Shown here: piece after piece, positions 58,820-64,000 of the stretch
Numbering within the stretch: the first letter of the stretch is position 1
Layout of the letters: each line of letters opens with the position of its first letter
Assembly: GCA_963805085.1 (NCBI GenBank)
Contig: CAWDTA010000002.1
Location: 864,001 to 928,000, forward strand
Direction: 5' to 3'
Source: an uncultured Veillonellaceae bacterium
Lineage (GTDB): Bacteria > Bacillota > Negativicutes > JARBTT01
Length of the DNA stretch: 64,000 nt
Made by a program: the position numbers and the translations under genes
Notes under the pieces: generated by a model
The model's database searches: none
The model's input: the letters and a program-made list of their open reading frames with translations, nothing else
What the model was told of the DNA's origin: nothing

Positions 58820-60253
58820 ATGAAATACTATTTGCCTAAAGATTTTATGATGGGGGCTTCAGCGGCTGCTTGGCAGACCGAAGGTTGGTCGGGGAAAGCA
58901 GCAGGCCAGGAATCTTTGATTGATGTTGCCTATAAGACAAATCCAGAAAGATGGCATCAAGGGTATGGACCGACAGTTGCAACGGATTTCTATCATCGTT
59001 ATAAAGAAGATTGTGTGTTAATGAAGGAAATGGGTATGAAAGCCTATCGAACTTCTATTGATTGGTCTAGATTTATCAAGAATTATGAGACTGGTGAAAT
59101 CAATGAGGAAGCGGCTGACTTTTATAGCAACGTAGTCGATGAACTGATTAAAAATGGCGTTGAACCAATCATTTGTCTAGAACACTGGGAATTACCAAAT
59201 CAGTTGTTTGAGAAGTATGGTGGTTGGAATTCGAAAGAAGTTGTTGACTTCTATGTGAAATATGCTGAAGCGGCCTTTAAACTGCTTGGTGATCGGGTTA
59301 AATATTGGTTTACGTTTAATGAACCCATCGTATTTCCCGAATTAGCGATTATGGAAGGCGTCTGGTATCCTTATAAAAGTGATACCAAAGAAGCAATGCA
59401 GTGGAATTATAACAAAGTGTTGGCAACGGCGAAAGCGGTAAATGTATATCATGAAAAGGAGTATGGTAAGAGTTTGGGCGGGAAAATCGGCATTATTATT
59501 AATGCTGCACCAAGCTATCCACGCTCGCAATCTGCTGATGATGTTCATGCGGCGGATATGTATGATTTGTTTTTTAATAAAATATATATGGATCCGTGTA
59601 TCAAAGGTGAGTTCCCAAAAGAATATTTTTCGATACTCAAAGAGCATGGCTGCATGATTTCCGTTACCAATGAAGAGCTAGCGATTATCAAAAAAAATAA
59701 AATTGATATAATGGGCTTAAATTATTATCGTCCTAATCGGGTTAAGGCAAGAAATGCTGGCTGGAATCCTAATGTGAAATTTAATCCGCGGTATTACTAT
59801 GATGAGTATGAACTGCAAGGTAAAAAAATGAATCCATTTCGTGGATGGGAAATATACGCCAAGGGTCTCTATGATTTTGCCATGATCCTAAAACAAGAAT
59901 ACAATAATCTACCATGGCTAGTAACCGAAAATGGTATGGGTGTAGAGGGAGAATATCAGCATAAAGACGAAAATAACATCATTCAAGATGATTATCGCAT
60001 TGACTTCGTTGCGGATCATTTACATTGGCTATTAAGAGCAATCGGTGAAGGAAGTAACTGTAAAGGGTATCTGATGTGGAACTTTACTGATAATGTTTCC
60101 CCGTATAATGCGTTCAAAAATAGATATGGTTACGTGGAAATAGATCTGGACGATAATCGAAATAGAAGAATGAAAAAATCAGGTTATTGGTTTAAGAAAA
60201 CGGTTCAAATTGGTTATTTTGAATATGATGGATTTGAACCTAGCTATAAGTGA
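58820..60253 (+). CDS. Glycoside hydrolase family 1 (6-phospho-beta-glucosidase-like)
   Basis: QTEG, DFYHRYKED, acid/base TFNEP, nucleophile VTENG. Confidence 0.95.
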   Translation: MKYYLPKDFMMGASAAAWQTEGWSGKAAGQESLIDVAYKTNPERWHQGYGPTVATDFYHRYKEDCVLMKEMGMKAYRTSIDWSRFIKNYETGEINEEAADFYSNVVDELIKNGVEPIICLEHWELPNQLFEKYGGWNSKEVVDFYVKYAEAAFKLLGDRVKYWFTFNEPIVFPELAIMEGVWYPYKSDTKEAMQWNYNKVLATAKAVNVYHEKEYGKSLGGKIGIIINAAPSYPRSQSADDVHAADMYDLFFNKIYMDPCIKGEFPKEYFSILKEHGCMISVTNEELAIIKKNKIDIMGLNYYRPNRVKARNAGWNPNVKFNPRYYYDEYELQGKKMNPFRGWEIYAKGLYDFAMILKQEYNNLPWLVTENGMGVEGEYQHKDENNIIQDDYRIDFVADHLHWLLRAIGEGSNCKGYLMWNFTDNVSPYNAFKNRYGYVEIDLDDNRNRRMKKSGYWFKKTVQIGYFEYDGFEPSYK

Positions 60254-60270
60254 TGTCGAAACACTAGGAC

Positions 60271-60311
60271 AGATAGGATGCGGGCGATAGGCACTTCTCG
60301 CATCCTATCTT
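60271..60311 (+). terminator. Hairpin after GH1
   Basis: agataggatgcg / cgcatcctatct. Confidence 0.65.
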
Positions 60312-60538
60312 CGTACTAATTTAAAAGTAAAACGAGTATGGAGTTTTCTCGTTAATTTCTATAATTATTTCTAATTTGTTTACCCTTTGAGACTTTGCGA
60401 TTTTTTCGCAGGGTTTTTCTGGTTATGTAATAGTTGTCTTTATTTGGTGAAAAAATAATAAAATAAACTATTGCAAAATAGAATGATGTTGTGTATACTA
60501 ATCAAGTGACGTAAGCAGACGATTGCTTATTACAATGT

Positions 60539-60613
60539 GGCCCGTTGGTCAAGCGGTTAAGACACCGCCCTTTCACGGCGGCTTCACGAGTTCGAATCTC
60601 GTACGGGTCACCA
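60539..60613 (+). tRNA. tRNA-Glu(UUC)
   Basis: Cloverleaf, anticodon CT-TTC-AC, CCA end. Confidence 0.97.
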
Positions 60614-60711
60614 AAAAAAGTAGAGAACCAAAATCTGAAAGGATTTTGTGTGAATCACTTTGTTCCAAACGATAGCGAGGAACGTCAATTTTTCCTTAGT
60701 TATTTTTATAT

Positions 60712-60787
<76 letters not shown>

Positions 60788-60792
60788 TATAT

Positions 60793-60869
60793 GGCCTGGT
60801 AGTTTAGTTGGTTAGAATGCCGCCCTGTCACGGCGGAGGTCGTGGGTTCGAGTCCCATCCGGGTCGCCA
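60793..60869 (+). tRNA. tRNA-Asp(GUC)
   Basis: Cloverleaf, anticodon CT-GTC-AC, CCA end. Confidence 0.97.
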
Positions 60870-60873
60870 TTAT

Positions 60874-60949
<76 letters not shown>

Positions 60950-60955
60950 TTTTGT

Positions 60956-61031
60956 GATCCACTAGCTCAGTTGGTAGAGCATCTGACTTTTAATCAGGGT
61001 GTCCCGCGTTCGAGTCGCGGGTGGGTCACCA
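60956..61031 (+). tRNA. tRNA-Lys(UUU)
   Basis: Identical to 30606-30681. Confidence 0.97.
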
Positions 61032-61043
61032 TTTTAAAAAGAT

Positions 61044-61078
61044 AAGTCTTTCAAATTTTAAATTTGAAAGACTTTTTT
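61044..61078. terminator. Terminator after the tRNA cluster
   Basis: aagtctttcaaattt / aaatttgaaagactt plus T run. Confidence 0.8.
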
Positions 61079-61126
61079 GTTGTGTAAAAAAGCACCATTA
61101 CTGGTGTTTTTAAATAATATAGAATT

Positions 61127-61675
61127 CTAAAGTAATTTTTCAATATCTGCTTGCATTGCGCTTGGTAAAGTTGTTGGTTCATAGCGCTGAATGACTTTGC
61201 CGGAACGATCAACTAAAAATTTCGTAAAATTCCATTTAATAGAATCACCTTCTAAAAATTCAGGAAAACGTTCTTTTAGTACACCGTGTAATTTTTCACC
61301 GATAGGGTGATTGTAGTCAAAGCCTTGGAAAGGAATTTGCTCAGTCAAATATTGAAAAAGTGGGTGGGCATTTTCACCGCGGACATCAATTTTTTCGAAT
61401 AAAGGAAAAGTAACGCCATAGTTTACTTGGCAGAAATTTTGAACCTCTGCATTTGTTCCCGGCTCTTGTTCAGCAAATTGATTGCTGGGGAAGCCTAGAA
61501 TTTCTAAGCCTTGATTTGCATACTTTGTATATAACGACTGTAATTCTTGATACTGAGGAGTAAAACCACATTTACTGGCGGTGTTAACAATAATAAGAAC
61601 TTTTCCTTTGTAGTCTGCCAAGGATTGTTCTTTTCCACCAATTGATTTTAAATCGAAATCGTAAATACTCATCAT
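61127..61675 (-). CDS. Glutathione peroxidase family (Cys type)
   Basis: VNTASKCGFTPQY, GFPSNQF..QEPG, KWNFTKFLVD. Confidence 0.95.
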   Translation of the reverse strand: MMSIYDFDLKSIGGKEQSLADYKGKVLIIVNTASKCGFTPQYQELQSLYTKYANQGLEILGFPSNQFAEQEPGTNAEVQNFCQVNYGVTFPLFEKIDVRGENAHPLFQYLTEQIPFQGFDYNHPIGEKLHGVLKERFPEFLEGDSIKWNFTKFLVDRSGKVIQRYEPTTLPSAMQADIEKLL

Positions 61676-61714
61676 ACAGTCCTCCTTGCCATTATTGGCA
61701 CAAATTTTGTTAAT

Positions 61715-61945
61715 TTATTTTAGAGCTAAATATTCATCAATCTTTTCCTTATCAAAGCCAATCACAATGTTTTTGTTGATATTGGACACAGGGACATTCA
61801 GTTGATTGGTGAGTTTGAGTAATTCAGCTCGTCCTTCTTCATCTTCCTCTACATTAATCTCAGTAAAAGCAGCTTCTTTTAGTTCTAGATATTTTTTTAC
61901 CTTATGGCACCATGGGCAATTAGGGATAGAATATACTGTAATCAT
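61715..61945 (-). CDS. Glutaredoxin-like protein (NrdH/YruB type)
   Basis: VYS..CPWC..K.YL, VP, IGFD. Confidence 0.9.
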   Translation of the reverse strand: MITVYSIPNCPWCHKVKKYLELKEAAFTEINVEEDEEGRAELLKLTNQLNVPVSNINKNIVIGFDKEKIDEYLALK

Positions 61946-62889
61946 ACTTGATTCCCCCTTTCCTTTTGTGTAATATATTTTTCGGCCAGTAGAGCGGCAA
62001 CCGTCCCATCGGCGGCGGCAGTGGTTAGTTGCCGAATCAGTTTGGTTCGTATATCGCCAGCAGCAAAAACTCCTTTAATATTAGTTTCGCAAGTTTCCCC
62101 GGCTTTTATGTGCGAAGCAGCGTCTAATTCAATATCACTTTCGTACAACTGTGTTTTAGGAACAACGCCAATATTGACAAAAATACCATCTAACGCTAAA
62201 CTTTTTTGTTCTTTGGTAAGCAAATCCTCAATCAAAATAGACTCGAGCGAAAGCTCTCCAGAAGCCTTTAAGATGTTTGTGTTAAATAAAATTTCTACCT
62301 TAGGATTATTTTTCAACATCTCTTGTGACGAAGTACTTGCTGTTAATGCTGCAGAACGATGAATTATATAAATTTTCTTTGCATATTTATCAAGAAAATT
62401 TGCGGCATCAACTGCGGCATTGCCACCGCCGACGACGGCAATCGTCTTCCCTTGATAAAGGTGACCATCACATAATTCGCAATAATGGATTCCCCTGCCA
62501 CGAAAATGTTTTTCCTCAACGACAGGAAGTTTACGGCGATCCATGCCAGCCGCGATAATAACTGCTTTTGGTTTATAGATAGTAGACTGTGTTTCGACTG
62601 TTTTTTCTGCATCAGTTAATTTGACTGCAATGATCATATCGAATTCATCAATTTTTGCTCCAGCATGCAATGCTTGTTCTTCAATTTTTTCAATTAGATG
62701 GCTGCCTTTAATGGAATGAAAACCAGGATAATTTTCAATGCCATAAGCGTCAATAATTTGTCCACCAATCAATTGATCTTCTAAGATGAGAGTGTCTAAT
62801 TTCATACGTGCTGCATAGATTCCGGCGGTTAAGCCAGCGATGCCCGCGCCGATAATCAGTAAGTCTAATACCTTTTGTGGTTTTGTCAA
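61942..62889 (-). CDS. trxB: Thioredoxin reductase-like flavoprotein
   Basis: IIGAGIAG, IENYPGF, YCELCDG, GGGNAA, GVFAAGD. Confidence 0.9.
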   Translation of the reverse strand: MTKPQKVLDLLIIGAGIAGLTAGIYAARMKLDTLILEDQLIGGQIIDAYGIENYPGFHSIKGSHLIEKIEEQALHAGAKIDEFDMIIAVKLTDAEKTVETQSTIYKPKAVIIAAGMDRRKLPVVEEKHFRGRGIHYCELCDGHLYQGKTIAVVGGGNAAVDAANFLDKYAKKIYIIHRSAALTASTSSQEMLKNNPKVEILFNTNILKASGELSLESILIEDLLTKEQKSLALDGIFVNIGVVPKTQLYESDIELDAASHIKAGETCETNIKGVFAAGDIRTKLIRQLTTAAADGTVAALLAEKYITQKERGNQV

Positions 62890-63133
62890 TCATTTCACCT
62901 TCCATCATTGCATTGGACTAAAAAATTTGATTAATTTTCATATTTTAACAGTATCATACCGCGTTTTCTTTACATTTACAATCTTTGTATTTTAAAATAT
63001 TTTATTTATTATATTTAAAAAAATAATAAATAAAAAGTATTGCTAAATAATAATATATTGTATATAATATCTAAGTGACCTAAGTGAATGATAACAATAT
63101 TACTGATGTTGTTATACGTATTTTGGTTATTAT

Positions 63134-63208
63134 GGCCCGTTGGTCAAGCGGTTAAGACACCGCCCTTTCACGGCGGCTTCACGAGTTCGAATCTCGTACG
63201 GGTCACCA
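63134..63208 (+). tRNA. tRNA-Glu(UUC)
   Basis: Identical to 60539-60613. Confidence 0.97.
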
Positions 63209-63223
63209 TCTCATTTTTTTCTC

Positions 63224-63299
<76 letters not shown>

Positions 63300-63362
63300 T
63301 ATAAGAAGAATAAGCGCCTATCCATCCGGATAGGCTTTTTGCTTTATTTTAGGAGAAATAGT

Positions 63363-63599
63363 ATGGCTGTAATAGAACTGAGCAAAGAGCGCAAAAAAAT
63401 ACTAACTGACAGCATCAAAAAGTTTTTCGCTGAGGAGCGTGACGAAGAAATCAGTGATTTTAAAGCAGATATTTATCTTGATTTTATTTTGAATCATGCT
63501 GGTGTCTATATTTACGAACAAGCAATTGCGGATGCACATGATTTTATGTTAGAAAAAACCGATGAATTATTTACTTTAGAAAAACGAATTGTAAAGTAG
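63363..63599 (+). CDS. DUF2164 family protein
   Basis: IELSKE.K..SIK.FF.EERDEEI.DF.A..LDFI..G..IY.QAI.DA. Confidence 0.85.
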   Translation: MAVIELSKERKKILTDSIKKFFAEERDEEISDFKADIYLDFILNHAGVYIYEQAIADAHDFMLEKTDELFTLEKRIVK

Positions 63600-63612
63600 A
63601 CTATAAATAACG

Positions 63613-63644
63613 AAAGAGCGAATGCGACTTGCATTCGCTCTTTT
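63613..63644 (+). terminator. Intrinsic terminator
   Basis: aaagagcgaatgc / gcattcgctcttt. Confidence 0.8.
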
Positions 63645-63860
63645 CAATCTAGGCAAGAATGTGATTGAAAAGAGCGATACAGGGAGAAGCGCAATGTGAA
63701 ACTAGACAGAAAAGTTAAGGTCATGTAAAATAAAATAAGCTCGTTTGAGTACATAATAACGGAAAAAGGCGCTAGGTATATTAACATGTAGCATAGTAGA
63801 AAAGTAGCAAGCGCGACTATTTCCTAAAAACGGGCTAGTAGAAAGGTAGGATGGATTAAC

Positions 63861-64000
63861 ATGACAATTCAATTTTGGATCATTGTGCTGTATATTTGCG
63901 TGCTTTTCGCAATCAGCATTTATGTAAAGCGTCGGGCGAGCAATAGCAGCGGCTTTCTTTTTGCCGGGCGAAAGTTGAGTACCACTTTGGTAGCGACGAA
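63861..64000 (+). CDS. Sodium:solute symporter family protein (5' partial)
   Basis: MTIQFWIIVLYICVLFAISIY...FLFAGRKL; FxxAGR motif; runs off the window. Confidence 0.8.
   Translation, partial: MTIQFWIIVLYICVLFAISIYVKRRASNSSGFLFAGRKLSTTLVAT

Noticed and set aside
63720-63860. Riboswitch ahead of the sodium:solute symporter
   Set aside because: Only weak pairing and no recognisable aptamer consensus

Overview
A low-GC Firmicute chromosome segment, most likely a Negativicute (diderm, probably sporulating), inferred from an SLH-domain OmpM-type porin and sigma-K/H/54-like promoters. It lies in the origin-proximal block ychF, rpsF-ssb-rpsR, mazG-like-yybS-gdpP-rplI-lonC-dnaB-purA and tRNAs. Two accessory blocks interrupt the core. 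The first (~12 kb, after rpsR) carries a DnaA-box cluster, an AEC transporter, an L-ascorbate PTS operon that lacks ulaD but has an uncharacterised beta-propeller gene, pfkA, an efflux pump and guanine deaminase. The second (~30 kb, between two identical tRNA-Lys genes) carries EAL-HDOD, GNAT, DUF2971, an internally deleted rsgA behind a leader peptide, a malonate decarboxylase operon with a family-3 acyltransferase, a Pho-box ABC module flanked by direct repeats, and a sigma-54 LevR-type double beta-glucoside PTS locus with its own porin. Also present: a ZMP/ZTP riboswitch before pflBA, an S6:S18 leader, 8 tRNAs and a TrxB-Grx-Gpx operon. No CRISPR array, integrase, transposase or prophage was seen. 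All family assignments are by motif recognition; no searches were run.
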